This document shows positions 33,288 through 44,091 of a DNA stretch of 64,000 nucleotides, in pieces; within the stretch, counting starts at the first letter, position 1, and every line of letters begins with the position of its first letter. Location: NCBI GenBank assembly GCA_965217895.1, contig CBDCJV010000002.1, positions 4,608,001-4,672,000 of the forward strand, given 5' to 3'. The position numbers and the translations under genes are program-made. The notes under the pieces are model-generated. The model saw only the letters and a program-made list of their open reading frames with translations, was not told where the DNA came from and ran no database searches. The DNA is from Waterburya sp. (GTDB lineage: Bacteria; Cyanobacteriota; Cyanobacteriia; Cyanobacteriales; Xenococcaceae).

Positions 33288-33463
33288 AGTTTTAATTCCT
33301 CTCTAATTGAAATAATTAAATATTCGCCACAAATAGCTGATTTGGGGACTTAGGGACTTGGGAAAAGTTTATCTGTATCATTCTTTTTTGTATTTCATAT
33401 CGACGTTATTAATTTTATGTGTGAATTGTTAATGACGGTATTTGTATAGCTAATAACTAATAA

Positions 33464-34162
33464 CTAATTAGCAAACAACCTTTGAGCCATTTTTGAATGT
33501 TGCATCTGGGCAATATCGATCGCGAGAGTACAAGACCACATCTGCTCTAGATTCATCGATCTAGCCGTAGACCAGACTGCCTCGATATCTGGTGCTAGCG
33601 AGCGCAAAATTTGCTGTGTTTGGATGTGTCCCAAAACACCCAAACGAATAGCTGCGCTCAATATACTAGTAACCAAACCGTGTAAAAAAGTCAGTACTGC
33701 ATTTTGTTCGCCCAAACCTGCGATCGCTGCCACCACGCCAAAGATCACTGGATGCAAACCGTGTATTTCACCCGTGGCTGCCTCTCGGTTGAAAATTTCT
33801 AATCGTTCGTCTTGCCAGGTAGAACTAGCCACCATTAGCAAAGCCCGTCCACTTTGACGCTGAGTTTCTCTAATTTTAGCGATCGCCGTTTGGGCAAAAA
33901 GCTGCCGATCCGCTTGTCTTGCTGCCTCTAGATTGCCGTCTTTAATACCCCGATGACTATGGAGTACGGCTACTAGATCGGTCGTTCCTACCTTGTTATG
34001 TAACAATAGCTGCAAAAAAACTTGTAAGTCTTGCACCGACTGAATTTTTCCAGTTTGAACCAAGCTTTCTAGCCCGTGAGAGAGGGTAAAAGAACCAGTG
34101 GGGAAAAAAGAATCGGCTAACTGCATCATTGCAAGTTGCTGGGTGATTTGGGACTGGATCAT
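33464..34162 (-). CDS. ureF: Urease accessory protein F
   Basis: QLADSFFPTGSFTLSHGLE, AAIRL, RLFAN. Confidence 0.92.
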   Translation of the reverse strand: MIQSQITQQLAMMQLADSFFPTGSFTLSHGLESLVQTGKIQSVQDLQVFLQLLLHNKVGTTDLVAVLHSHRGIKDGNLEAARQADRQLFAQTAIAKIRETQRQSGRALLMVASSTWQDERLEIFNREAATGEIHGLHPVIFGVVAAIAGLGEQNAVLTFLHGLVTSILSAAIRLGVLGHIQTQQILRSLAPDIEAVWSTARSMNLEQMWSCTLAIDIAQMQHSKMAQRLFAN

Positions 34163-34167
34163 TGGCT

Positions 34168-34671
34168 TTAATGATGAGGATGAGTATGGTCGGAAAAATT
34201 GAGGTGTTCGCTGGGCGAGCGCGATTCGTAATCTATTTTCAAACCAGGAATCTGAAAATCGGCGATCGTCGCTTCCATCACCGCTTCATCTACTGCTAGC
34301 TGGAGATAAATTTTGTCTTTTCGGACAATTATCGGGCAGTGATGATTGCCTAAAACGTGACCTAGATGAATTAATTTAGCAGGTAAAGTATTCGTTGAAC
34401 TAGAGAAACTCAGCACCATCAATTTTTGTGGCTGTAGATGAATTGAGACTAATTTTCCCGACTCGGTTTGAAATACATCTCCTTCTTGTAAAGAAAGTTC
34501 GCGACTTTTGACAATTCCTACAGCAACGCCAGAATCAGTATGAACATGAATTCTACCTTTAACGCGATCGCTTTGACTTAGAAGAACTTCTAAACAATTT
34601 TCTGTTGTCAATTGTCGAGACAAATTGACGTTTTCTTGGATATTTCCCAAATATTTATTGGCAATTTCCAT
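34168..34671 (-). CDS. ureE: Urease accessory protein E
   Basis: LGHVLGNHH, His-rich C-terminus. Confidence 0.9.
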   Translation of the reverse strand: MEIANKYLGNIQENVNLSRQLTTENCLEVLLSQSDRVKGRIHVHTDSGVAVGIVKSRELSLQEGDVFQTESGKLVSIHLQPQKLMVLSFSSSTNTLPAKLIHLGHVLGNHHCPIIVRKDKIYLQLAVDEAVMEATIADFQIPGLKIDYESRSPSEHLNFSDHTHPHH

Positions 34672-34693
34672 AATTTTATTTAATCCTCAACTT

Positions 34694-35545
34694 TTATTTC
34701 GGAATATAAGGCAAATTAGCTCGCTCAGTTAAATTACGAATACAATTTAAAACTAGATTAAAATAGTGTTTGAGTTGAATAGTTTTATTAGCAAAAGCGC
34801 GAATTAATAAGCCACAATCACTCGGTAAAACTGAAGTTGCAACCATAAGATTAGGAAAATTAGTTACTTGTATCTCTTCTAGTTCTTTGCTTAATAGTTC
34901 TAGATCTAGATCGGGATAAACTGCGATCGCATTGCCCATAATGGGCAAAGGTGCAAATAACTTATCATCTTTAAAGAGATTTGATTTCCCTTGTAAGTGT
35001 ATGGCATCAGTAAACAATAATTCTTCTGTTAGATCGGTAAGTTTTAAACGATTAAAATAATAACGAAACTGATAAGATTCTCCTCTAGCTAGTCTTCCTG
35101 GTAAGATAATTTCGCTTAAAAATAATTTAGCGGTGGGATGGAGTTTAATTAAGATATTTTGAGTTAAAGCAGCATCGCTATAGAGGATAACTGGTTCTGG
35201 CACTAATTCTAAATTAGCTTCTTGTCGCAACTCTATTTGATAATCAACTGTTGCTTGGCTATGCTCAATTGGCATTTGATGAACCTTAGTTGCAGCTTGG
35301 TCTGTAAGATACAAATTAGTATTATTTTCCAGTTGCAAAGATATTTTTAATTTATCTTTTGCTAATAAACCTGGTGATGTATTCATTGTATAAAGATATG
35401 CCCTGTTACTATTAGCACCATCTAAACGAAATACAGTCGATAAACGCAGGGGATAAGTTGTATATTGATGGGTGCAAATGGTTTTGTTGGTGCGATCGCA
35501 TTTGAGGTTTAATTCTAAATTGTTTTGATATTTCTCGTACATCAC
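34694..35545 (-). CDS. ureD: Urease accessory protein D
   Basis: [34 protein letters not shown]. Confidence 0.92.
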   Translation of the reverse strand: MMYEKYQNNLELNLKCDRTNKTICTHQYTTYPLRLSTVFRLDGANSNRAYLYTMNTSPGLLAKDKLKISLQLENNTNLYLTDQAATKVHQMPIEHSQATVDYQIELRQEANLELVPEPVILYSDAALTQNILIKLHPTAKLFLSEIILPGRLARGESYQFRYYFNRLKLTDLTEELLFTDAIHLQGKSNLFKDDKLFAPLPIMGNAIAVYPDLDLELLSKELEEIQVTNFPNLMVATSVLPSDCGLLIRAFANKTIQLKHYFNLVLNCIRNLTERANLPYIPK

Positions 35546-36192
35546 AATCTCTGTAAGGGTGAATGGATCTTCGCCCCTACTGGTTTAAATAACAATGTTT
35601 CTAAAATAAAATCCTTGACTGTTTCTAAACCTTCTCCAGTTTTACAGTTGGTGTAGGCAATAGGTTTACCCCGACGGTGTTCTGGTGCTTGCTGGCGAAT
35701 CAAATCTAGGTCTGCACCTACATAAGGTGCGATGTCAATTTTATTAACTACTACTAAGTCGGCTTGGACGAAACCAGGGCCATTTTTACGGGGAATATCA
35801 TCCCCCGCACCGACATCAATCACAAAGATATAAGCATCTACCAAATCGTAACTAAAAGTAGAGGCTAAATTATCGCCACCGCTTTCTATAAAAATTAAAT
35901 CCAACTGGGGATAGAGTAATTCCAAATCCTTTACCGCTAGTAAATTCATCGTCGGGTCTTCTCGGATCGCCGTATGGGGACAGCTACCAGTTTCGACACC
36001 GATAATTCTTTCTGGTGCTAGAAATCCTTTACCCTTCAGACGATCTGCATCTTCGGTGGTTAAAAGGTCGTTAGTGACAACAGCCACTTCAATCCCCTGC
36101 TGCGTCAACATGGGGACTAAACATTCTAACAGCGCAGTCTTACCGCTACCAACAGGTCCCCCAATACCCAATCTTGCTACAGATTTATTCAT
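35542..36192 (-). CDS. ureG: Urease accessory GTPase G
   Basis: [28 protein letters not shown]. Confidence 0.97.
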   Translation of the reverse strand: MNKSVARLGIGGPVGSGKTALLECLVPMLTQQGIEVAVVTNDLLTTEDADRLKGKGFLAPERIIGVETGSCPHTAIREDPTMNLLAVKDLELLYPQLDLIFIESGGDNLASTFSYDLVDAYIFVIDVGAGDDIPRKNGPGFVQADLVVVNKIDIAPYVGADLDLIRQQAPEHRRGKPIAYTNCKTGEGLETVKDFILETLLFKPVGAKIHSPLQRL

Positions 36193-36221
36193 TTAACATT
36201 TAACATTTAACATCGATTTAG

Positions 36222-36527
36222 CTAAACTTTGCCTTCAACTAAGGCGTTAAAACCATATATTTCTTTACTTCCTGCGATCGCAACTAAAGTAACAGTTTTT
36301 TCATCCCCTGGTTCAAATCTTACTGCCGTACCTGCGGGAATATCGAGTCGCATTCCTTTAGTAGATTCGCGCTCAAATTGTAGTGCAGAATTTACTTCAT
36401 AAAAGTGGAAATGAGAGCCAATTTGAATCGGGCGATCGCCTGTATTACTAACCTCAAGCGTAATAGTTTCTTTTCCTGTATTTAGTTCAATTTCGCCTGG
36501 CTGGGTAATAATTTCACCTGGAATCAT
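36222..36527 (-). CDS. ureB: Urease subunit beta
   Basis: [33 protein letters not shown]. Confidence 0.97.
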   Translation of the reverse strand: MIPGEIITQPGEIELNTGKETITLEVSNTGDRPIQIGSHFHFYEVNSALQFERESTKGMRLDIPAGTAVRFEPGDEKTVTLVAIAGSKEIYGFNALVEGKV

Positions 36528-36625
36528 AATTGTTGTTCCGAATTTGATGTTTGAATCTGTTAATAATACTATTTTGAGCTTTTAGCTTTTTGATTGGTCA
36601 ATGTTCAATGATGAATGTTCAATGT

Positions 36626-36928
36626 TCATTGAATAGGATTGTGTACCGTCACTAACTTAGTGCCGTCGGGAAAGGTTGCTTCTACCTGTATTTCATCAAC
36701 CATTACTGGTATTCCTTCCATTACTTCATCAGCTTTTAAGAGAGTTTGACCGTAGCTCATTAATTCAGCTACCGCTCTTCCTTCTCTAGCACCTTCTAAA
36801 ATAGCAGCAGAAATATACGCTACTGCCTCAGGATAGTTTAGCTTGATGCCTTTTTCTTTACGTCTTTCGGCAACTAGAGCAGCAGTAAAAATTAGTAGTT
36901 TATCTTTTTCTTGGGGTGATAGTTGCAT
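36626..36928 (-). CDS. ureA: Urease subunit gamma
   Basis: [34 protein letters not shown] at 36928. Confidence 0.97.
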   Translation of the reverse strand: MQLSPQEKDKLLIFTAALVAERRKEKGIKLNYPEAVAYISAAILEGAREGRAVAELMSYGQTLLKADEVMEGIPVMVDEIQVEATFPDGTKLVTVHNPIQ

Positions 36929-37057
36929 AGATATTGTTTGTTTGAGGCACAATGGCGATTGTATCAGTAGATAAGCAGTAGAAAAGCTTTATTTTATACA
37001 GATTTTCTACTATCTATTTGGTTAAATATTTTGACAATCCCTGCTATAAATCGTTTG

Positions 37058-38200
37058 TCAAGTTAACAGTAATAGTTCAATAAACTGATTCCAAGTAAAT
37101 GAGGGACTATTGGTTCGCTGCTGTAATAGATCGATCTCTTCTCTGGTTAGGGCTGGTTCACTAACGCTAGTCATGGCAACGTTCATTTCTTGAATACTAA
37201 GGAAATCGTTCTCATCAGCATCAATTGGCACAAAGTAAGTCGTAAAGGCATCATATTCCATCATCAGGCGTTGGTGTCTGAGTATTAATTCCCCGAACTC
37301 CTCAAAGTCAATCGTGCCACTATTATCTCTGTCCATACAATTGAAAAGATAACTTAACTCATCTTCAGAAGTAGCCCGATCTGCCTGAATTAAATAGTTT
37401 GCCAATTTTTGAGTCGATAGCTCACCACTACGATCTGTGTCGATCGCTTCAAACACATAACGCAGATCTCCCTTAGTTGCAGTAGAAGCTTTGTCAAATA
37501 GCAAGTTAACACTTTCACCATTAATTGCTGCTTGTAGTTGACGGCGAAAGTTAGAGATTGTCTTTTTAGCAACTAAATAGCGATATCGATGTTCCTCTGG
37601 AGAGGTAATGGCATAGAGTGCCACTGGTACGAGAGAAGACAAAGACCCCCGTAACAAGGCAAAGAAAGCGATGGTGGCAACACAAAAAGGCGGGGAACAT
37701 CTAAAGGTAGTCGCCCACCAGACACCACAAGTCTTCATCATTACTGTAGTTAGGGCTGAAAAAATAATAACGGCGATCGCCCACCAAAGATTCCAGCCTC
37801 CATTACCCGATAATCCAAAAGTCCCTAATGCTGCCCCGACTAAAATTCCGTTGTAGCCAAAAATACCACTACGGATTGTGTCTCGGTCTAACTGAAGCGC
37901 GATCGCGGTTGCTGTGGAACTTACTACAGCCACTAGGCTCATCAGTCCGATCCAAGGTGACTGAATAAATAAAGCCAGCAGAATTAACAAGCCACTGAGG
38001 GGATTATTGACAAAAATGACTTGCCCAACCCCCCGTAGATTGTAGTTAATAAAATCTAAGCCTGGTTGATTTGCCCAACGCTTATTGAGCCGAGGCATTG
38101 TTCCCAGTCCCGCCCAAATTGGCAAGCGATCGGTTGTGTACTGTGCGGGAACGCCAATTCGAGAAATTATTTCCTGTAACGGTAAAGATCGATTTTTCAT
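37058..38200 (-). CDS. Urea transporter (UT/Yut family) fused to an EF-hand domain, apparently internally deleted
   Basis: LRGVGQVIFVNNPLSG, GIFGYNGILVG, TSPEEH; EF loops DTDRSGELSTQK, DRDNSGTIDFEE, DADENDFLSIQE. Confidence 0.85.
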   Translation of the reverse strand: MKNRSLPLQEIISRIGVPAQYTTDRLPIWAGLGTMPRLNKRWANQPGLDFINYNLRGVGQVIFVNNPLSGLLILLALFIQSPWIGLMSLVAVVSSTATAIALQLDRDTIRSGIFGYNGILVGAALGTFGLSGNGGWNLWWAIAVIIFSALTTVMMKTCGVWWATTFRCSPPFCVATIAFFALLRGSLSSLVPVALYAITSPEEHRYRYLVAKKTISNFRRQLQAAINGESVNLLFDKASTATKGDLRYVFEAIDTDRSGELSTQKLANYLIQADRATSEDELSYLFNCMDRDNSGTIDFEEFGELILRHQRLMMEYDAFTTYFVPIDADENDFLSIQEMNVAMTSVSEPALTREEIDLLQQRTNSPSFTWNQFIELLLLT

Positions 38201-38627
38201 TTAGCCAGGAAGATTAATTCTTTACTTCTGTACCTTAAGTTTCCGTCAGCGCAGAAACCGTAGCAAAATTATCTAAATCAAAAAACTATCTAAATCAACG
38301 TGAATTCGGGTTAAGAACATTTATCTTTTGAGATAGCTCTAAGCTTTCCCTGAAAAGATACCGCTTCCTACGCATCCGCGATCTTGCCAGACGTACTTAA
38401 CGTTTACTTATAAGTAATCGCGCAAAATTAATTTCCTCTTGGCGATCAAGAAATAAACACAGGAAGAAATTTTTTTCTATATCTTTAGCTGGAAGCAAAT
38501 TAGGTTCTCAATCCCTATGTTGGAAGCAGGAATGAAAATGAGATTGACCGTAAAATATTTGCACTACAATTTTTGAAATTCAATTCTATCTTGATAAGCA
38601 AAACTTATAACCATCACGAAAAAAATT

Positions 38628-39074
38628 ATGACTCACGAAAAATTCATGGGCGAAGCATTAATAGAAGCTAAAAAAGGTGACTTGCCCTATGGTGCTGTAA
38701 TCGTCAAGGATAATGAAATTGTGATGCGTGGTTACAATACGACACAGACAGATAATGATGTCTCGGCACACGCCGAACTTAATATTTTGCGGGCATTTAC
38801 TAAACAGCATGGCTATTCTTTAGATGCTTTATCTGGCTATACTCTTTATACAACTTGCGAACCATGCCCTATGTGTGCAGCAGCTTGTGTTTGGGCAGGA
38901 GTTTCAACAATAGTCTTTGGTGTATCTATCGAACAACTAAGTAATTTGGAGTCAAAGCAAATCAAATCGTTTAATCTCTCCTGTAAAACTGTTGTCGCCA
39001 AAGGTTTCCAGAATATAGAAATTGTGGACGGTATTTTGGCTGAAGAATGTTTAGAGTTATTTAAACAGCTATAA
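38628..39074 (+). CDS. Nucleoside/guanine deaminase (CDA-like Zn fold)
   Basis: PYGAVIV, AHAE, CEPCPMC. Confidence 0.9.
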   Translation: MTHEKFMGEALIEAKKGDLPYGAVIVKDNEIVMRGYNTTQTDNDVSAHAELNILRAFTKQHGYSLDALSGYTLYTTCEPCPMCAAACVWAGVSTIVFGVSIEQLSNLESKQIKSFNLSCKTVVAKGFQNIEIVDGILAEECLELFKQL

Positions 39075-39179
39075 ATTAGACTACCCTCGAACGATTTTGG
39101 GAACTGCTAAGATGAGTTCTGGCTCTAAAATCAGCAGCATTCGCCCAAATTAATACTCTCCCTAATGGCTTGACGGTAG

Positions 39180-39300
39180 CAATCATTATCTATGAAGAAT
39201 GCGCGCGCTTGTTTAAAAAACTAAAGGAAATAGTAACTTACAAAAGAGGTGGCACAATCGTTACTCAAGATTGGAAAAAATTAGCAGCAGTAAGTGGCGT
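39180..39300 (+). pseudogene. Remnant of a Crp/Fnr-family C-terminal HTH
   Basis: Fragment IIYEECARLFKKLKEIVTYKRGGTIVTQDWKKLAA with no intact upstream frame. Confidence 0.4.
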
Positions 39301-39503
39301 TACATCATGTCGCAAAAAATTATAACTTTAGTTGGAGGAATTAATGTTTGTGAGTTAGTTAATCTATATTTGTGTAGATAATTAGCCAAATAAATTTGTT
39401 CTTTAGTTTATTTGACTACAATCGAATAAATTATAAATAAATTTACTCAAAATTTTAGCTGTTTACACTTAAAAAAGACGCACGTTTACCTACCAAACTA
39501 ACT

Positions 39504-39857
39504 ATGATACATTTAATTTCTCAAGCTATAAATCGCATCAGTTCTGTTTTAAAAACAATTCAAGTTAAAAGTTTTCTAACTAGTGTTTTATTAGGAGCTA
39601 TTTTATTAACGAATGGTGTTAGTAGTTCTGCCGCAAATGGCAAGACTGCTGCTGATGTTCTCGGCAGCGATGTCGTGGAAAATAATCCCGAAAGACCGAC
39701 AACAACTCGCGAGTGGAGACAAGAAGCTCGTCGAACCGAAGATGCCCCCTTAGAAAGAGCCAAAGAGATTGGAAAAGAAACAGGAGAAGCATTAAAAGAT
39801 TTTGGCGGACTTTATCCAGATGTGGCTGAAAGAACTGTTCCCGACGAGATAAAATAA
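39504..39857 (+). CDS. Hypothetical exported protein
   Basis: Hydrophobic leader, then ERPTTTREWRQEAR.TEDAP.ERAK.IG. Confidence 0.7.
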   Translation: MIHLISQAINRISSVLKTIQVKSFLTSVLLGAILLTNGVSSSAANGKTAADVLGSDVVENNPERPTTTREWRQEARRTEDAPLERAKEIGKETGEALKDFGGLYPDVAERTVPDEIK

Positions 39858-40077
39858 TCAATATTTAGTTATTTAGATAGTAAATCTAATTAGGCTTAGA
39901 TTTACTGTCGAATATTCTTGGTCAAAAGCTACAAGCCTTAAGCTTCAAAAAAAGTTTTCCTAGAATGGAATTGCGCTTTAAGCTAAGTCCAAAAGTCGCT
40001 TTTCTAATTAGTCTTCAAAACCGAACCTAAAAATTTTGGGCGTTGCATCAGAGCTGGATCGATAACCGAACCCGATT

Positions 40078-41142
40078 TTATAAGTCGTGTCGTAAAATTG
40101 TGCCATATTTTCCAGTAATTGAAGCTGGAAGTTCTTCTAAAGAAATTAATTCCCAGGTTGTTGCATCATAGGTGCTATAAAAAAGTTGAGCTGTTTTTAG
40201 CTCTATGTCAACCACCGTAAGAGTTTTACGCGGAGGTAAGTCACTATTGATTAATTGCCTTGCACCTTGTCCTAATGCTCCTGCGTTGAGCAACTCTAAT
40301 TTACCTTTCTTTCCAGGATAATAGGCATGATGATGTCCGCTTATGTAAACTTGAACTCGATTTTGTTCTAGAAGCGATCGCAATTGTGAACCGTTAGCTA
40401 AATATTCCCCTGGCTTATTTTTAGCTGTAGCGACAGGATAAAGAGGTAAATGTCCAATAGCAACTCGTGCTGCTGCCTGTTTGGCTTGGGGGCTAGCTAA
40501 TGTTTTCTTGACCCAAGCTAGCTGCTGTTGGTCAATATTTTGGCTAGAGGCATCCCAGATTAAGAAGAATATATCATTTTGTTGGAAACTATAGTAAAAA
40601 GGAAACTTGGCAAGATCTACGAAGTTCAAGCCTAGTTGATGCTGATGTTGATGCCAATAAGCCTGAGCGAGATCTCTTTCCTGCTTAAAAATAAAAGTCT
40701 GCTCTTTAACTGCTCCAGAGCCATCATGATTACCAATAGTAAAGCCAAAAGGAACTTTATCCTGGCGCAGCGGTGCAGCAATACGATCGTCAAAAGCTTG
40801 CCACATGGCTTCAATTTGCGATCGCGTCAAAGAGGCTTTTTGTCCTGCAATCATGTCCCCACCGCATAAAACTAAATCAGGCTGCCATTGGGGAATTAAA
40901 GCGATCGCCTTTTCTACTTCAGGCTCATATTCGGTTGAGCCATATTGACTATTAAGATCGCTAATAACTACAATCCGAAAGTCTTTGCGGGGTGATAAAT
41001 ATAAGCTTTTGGTCGGACTTGCATCAGCAGTGTTTGTGGCTAAGAAGGATTTAATTCGACTTTGATTATTACTGGCATTCAAGCACAGACTTAAGATCGA
41101 TCCCCAGATTAATAGCCAAATAAATCGTTTGTAATTGCTCAT
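40078..41142 (-). CDS. Secreted metallophosphoesterase
   Basis: ISDLN, GGDM, GNHD, GHLP, SGHHH. Confidence 0.9.
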   Translation of the reverse strand: MSNYKRFIWLLIWGSILSLCLNASNNQSRIKSFLATNTADASPTKSLYLSPRKDFRIVVISDLNSQYGSTEYEPEVEKAIALIPQWQPDLVLCGGDMIAGQKASLTRSQIEAMWQAFDDRIAAPLRQDKVPFGFTIGNHDGSGAVKEQTFIFKQERDLAQAYWHQHQHQLGLNFVDLAKFPFYYSFQQNDIFFLIWDASSQNIDQQQLAWVKKTLASPQAKQAAARVAIGHLPLYPVATAKNKPGEYLANGSQLRSLLEQNRVQVYISGHHHAYYPGKKGKLELLNAGALGQGARQLINSDLPPRKTLTVVDIELKTAQLFYSTYDATTWELISLEELPASITGKYGTILRHDL

Positions 41143-41470
41143 TCTTGAAAGGCTCTAATCCACAGGCTTTAATATGTCGTTAAAATATTATCCGTCTCTT
41201 TAATTAAAATCAACCTATTTGTCCCTTCTTCGGCTGCAATAGACTTATGCGCACAAATCACAACAGGCTACTTTGGCAAGAGATAAATTATAGGTAACAG
41301 GTAATTGTTAGTAGTTGGTAGTTCGTCGTTTGTAGTCTTTTTAAACTACTAACTATAAACTTTTAGTAATAGGTCTAATGTTTATATTTGACAGATATTT
41401 TTTGGTCATCTGGGTAACTTAAGAGTAAATCACTCGTTTTTCTAGCAATTAAAGCCAACAAACCAAGAAT

Positions 41471-42265
41471 ATGTCACAGCTTTGGATATCAACCGAGGGA
41501 CAGCAGCCGATAGTTGCTGTAGCTCTTCACGACGGTCATTATGTGCGCCCAGAAGTTGAACGGTTACTAGCTATTAGTGCAGATGATCGTCAGCGTGAAG
41601 AAGATCCTTTTACGGCTGCCTGGACAGACATTGCCGAGACGCGACTGATTGTTTTACGATCGCGTTTTGAAGTCGATCTCAATCGTCCCCGCCATCGGGC
41701 TATTTACCTCAAGCCTAAAGATTCTTGGGGATTGCAGGTTTGGAAAGAGAAACCACCTCAAGACATTATTGAACAGACTTTAGCGGAGTATGATGCTTTT
41801 TATGCTGAGGTTGGTCAAATCTGTCGGACATTAGAACAACGCTACGGACGCTTTGTGATTTACGATCTCCATACCTATAATCACTACCGTCAAGGAATGC
41901 ACGCTTCCCCTGCTGAGGAATTATACAACCCAGAGATTAATCTAGGCACGAAGACTGTTAACCGAGAATATTGGCAGCCTGTTGTGGAACGATTTATCCA
42001 CGACATGAGAGGCTTTGATTTTTTAGGCAGGCAGTTGGACGTTCGAGAGAACGTCAAGTTTGTAGGAGGGCATTTTGCTGAGTGGATTCATACGCATTTT
42101 CCTCATTCTGCCTGCGTGCTATCTGTTGAAGTCAAAAAGTTTTTTATGAGCGAATGGACTCATCAGCTAGACTTAGCAAAAATGTCAGCCGTACATCAGG
42201 CGTTGAGAGCTTCTGTATCGGGAGTCTTGGAGGAATTGCAGCACTTGGCTAAAGTATCGGCTTGA
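41471..42265 (+). CDS. N-formylglutamate amidohydrolase family
   Basis: ALHDGH, REEDPFT, SRFEVDLNR, DLHTYN, INLGT, ENVKFVGG, VEVKK. Confidence 0.88.
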   Translation: MSQLWISTEGQQPIVAVALHDGHYVRPEVERLLAISADDRQREEDPFTAAWTDIAETRLIVLRSRFEVDLNRPRHRAIYLKPKDSWGLQVWKEKPPQDIIEQTLAEYDAFYAEVGQICRTLEQRYGRFVIYDLHTYNHYRQGMHASPAEELYNPEINLGTKTVNREYWQPVVERFIHDMRGFDFLGRQLDVRENVKFVGGHFAEWIHTHFPHSACVLSVEVKKFFMSEWTHQLDLAKMSAVHQALRASVSGVLEELQHLAKVSA

Positions 42266-42279
42266 ACTTATCAAAGAGT

Positions 42280-42670
42280 TTGTAGTTCGTAGTCTGTCGT
42301 TTGAAGTCGAGGGACGCGTCGCCGAAGGGCGCAAGTCCACCCTCGACAACCAAGGGTTACTCCCCGCAGGTATCTCAACGGGGGGAATCCCCGCAACGGT
42401 TTTGCGAAGCAGCTTATTCCACGCTTGCGGCGGGGGTTTCCCCCATGAGCGACTGCTGAGGGTGTCTCGCAACGGGTCACAGACAAGGCGCGTTTTGAGG
42501 CGAGGAAATGCTCTCGGTTAGAGAGCATATTCCACTCGCCTGTTGAGTAGGAAGCTTCCCACTCAACAGCCACCGTCCGCAACGCAACTGTCTCGCAATC
42601 GACTTGTTGTAGTCGGATATAAACTACCCATTACCTACTAACTACCAACTACTAACCACTAACCACGAAC
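42280..42670. repeat. Large mosaic of nested short repeats next to tRNA-Pro
   Basis: CTCAACGGGGGGAAYCCCCGCAACG and CGCAACGCAACTGTCTC shared with 765-799; CTAACCA heptamers at the end. Confidence 0.7.
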
Positions 42671-42727
42671 TTTTTTATTTAGTAGTTAAAAAATCTTTAA
42701 TTGTCTATTTATTTAACTAGAGCCAAA

Positions 42728-42801
42728 TCGGGATGAAAGGATTTGAACCTTCGACCCCTGCTTCCCGAAAGCAGTGCGCTACCAAGCTGCGCCACATCCC
42801 G
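42728..42801 (-). tRNA. trnP: tRNA-Pro(CGG)
   Basis: CGGGATG acceptor stem, anticodon arm CTGCT-TTCGGGA-AGCAG, GGTTCAAATCC T arm; CCA not encoded. Confidence 0.97.
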
Positions 42802-42978
42802 CATTCGCATATATGCTAGCATACAAGGCATATAAAAAAGACGATAGCTTCCCCAAAGAAAATATAGTCTGTCCGATCTTTTAGGAAAAAAAAGTCTTAT
42901 CAAGCGGGATAATAAGGGCTAAAGAATGAGTGAAAATTCAGATGTAGTTAATCTCTCATTCTCAATCCCCTAAACTCA

Positions 42979-43590
42979 CTAACGATCGGCTACCGAACGC
43001 CAAATACCGACTAAAATCCCCTGAACATCAACATTATTAGCCTCTACTTTTATTGGTTCATATTTTTGATTAGCAGGTTTGAGGATCACTTTTTCCTGTT
43101 CTTGATAAAAATGTTTCAAAGTTGTACCGTATCCAGAAACTCTAGCAGCCACAATATCGCCGTTTTTAATTTCTGTTGAAGATGAAAGCGATCGCATAAT
43201 GGCATAGTCACCTTCATTAATCAAATCTTCGATCATACTATCTCCCACCACACGCAATACGTAGCAATCTGATTGAGAAAATAGATCTGACAAATCTAAC
43301 CTGTTTTTTTCATCGTTAAAAGGTTCAACCAAACCCCCCGCAGCAATCTCACCCTCAATTGATAATCCCTTATCAGGTTGATGCAATATTCTTATAGTTC
43401 GAGCTTTGCCGTCAGTCCAATCGATGTAACCCTTGTTTCTTAATCTTTCTAAACGGCTTTGAACAGGAGCAGGCGATCGCAAATTCATCGCCTTCATCAT
43501 CTGCCTAATAGATGGCGCATATTGAGTAGATTTGATATATTCCACCAGCCAATCATAAAGTTCCTTTTGCGCGGGAGTAAGACTTTCCAT
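42979..43590 (-). CDS. lexA: LexA repressor
   Basis: LTPAQKELYDWL, PSIRQMM, IAAG cleavage site, GDSM, TLKHF. Confidence 0.96.
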   Translation of the reverse strand: MESLTPAQKELYDWLVEYIKSTQYAPSIRQMMKAMNLRSPAPVQSRLERLRNKGYIDWTDGKARTIRILHQPDKGLSIEGEIAAGGLVEPFNDEKNRLDLSDLFSQSDCYVLRVVGDSMIEDLINEGDYAIMRSLSSSTEIKNGDIVAARVSGYGTTLKHFYQEQEKVILKPANQKYEPIKVEANNVDVQGILVGIWRSVADR

Positions 43591-43661
43591 AACTTTTATC
43601 TAGAGTATGTTTGTGAGGACAAGCATTTGGCAATTACAGACAAAGCTTGATATGTCCATTC

Positions 43662-43675
43662 AGAACATAGGTACT
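43662..43675 (-). promoter_or_regulatory. Cyanobacterial LexA box (autoregulation)
   Basis: AGTACCTATGTTCT fits RGTACNNNDGTWCB, about 70 bp upstream of lexA. Confidence 0.8.
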
Positions 43676-43794
43676 AAATATTAGAAACTATTGACCCCAG
43701 AAAAGTCAAGTATGTTAGGCGATCGCAAATTCTGTGACGCAGAATTAGCTAGGTGGTTATCACAAGAACAAAAAGTATCTCAAAAAAAACTGTT

Positions 43795-44091
43795 CTAACT
43801 GTTACTAACTTCTTTAATGACAACAAAAGGTTGCACAATTAAAGCTGCAAATTCCTTTTCTAGGTGACTGTTCCACTCTGTTAACTGTTCGACAGTCGGC
43901 TTGGCAATTAATTGATTAGTAATCCAATTTTGAACTGAAGCGGTATTATCTTCGGCGATCGCTGCTGCCACTTCGGGTAGAGCTAATTTGTCTTGAATCA
44001 CAATTAGGGCATCTCTTTTAGCGTGAGGCTGCAAATCCTTCCAGGTGATCTCTGCAACGTCCTGGCTTAGTTTTTCTTGTAGATCGGACAT
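43795..44091 (-). CDS. DUF2288 family protein
   Basis: WKDLQPHAKRDALI, AIAEDN..VQNWI, ALIVQPFV. Confidence 0.88.
   Translation of the reverse strand: MSDLQEKLSQDVAEITWKDLQPHAKRDALIVIQDKLALPEVAAAIAEDNTASVQNWITNQLIAKPTVEQLTEWNSHLEKEFAALIVQPFVVIKEVSNS

Noticed and set aside
32442..33353. Antisense ORFs in ureC and similar shadow ORFs in other genes
   Set aside because: Fully overlap well-supported genes on the opposite strand or in another frame.
36960..38275. NtcA boxes for the urease operon (GTATCAGTAGATAA at 36961, GTAGCAAAATTATC at 38260)
   Set aside because: Both deviate from GTA-N8-TAC and I could not place a convincing -10 element.
38210..38620. Riboswitch upstream of the urea transporter or deaminase
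   Set aside because: No guanidine, purine or glutamine aptamer consensus recognisable by eye; an Rfam scan would be needed.
42280..42670. CRISPR-like array or integrated element at tRNA-Pro
   Set aside because: No regularly spaced identical repeats, no cas or integrase gene, and no duplicated tRNA 3' end seen.
42709..42903. 64-aa ORF
   Set aside because: Overlaps tRNA-Pro; spurious.
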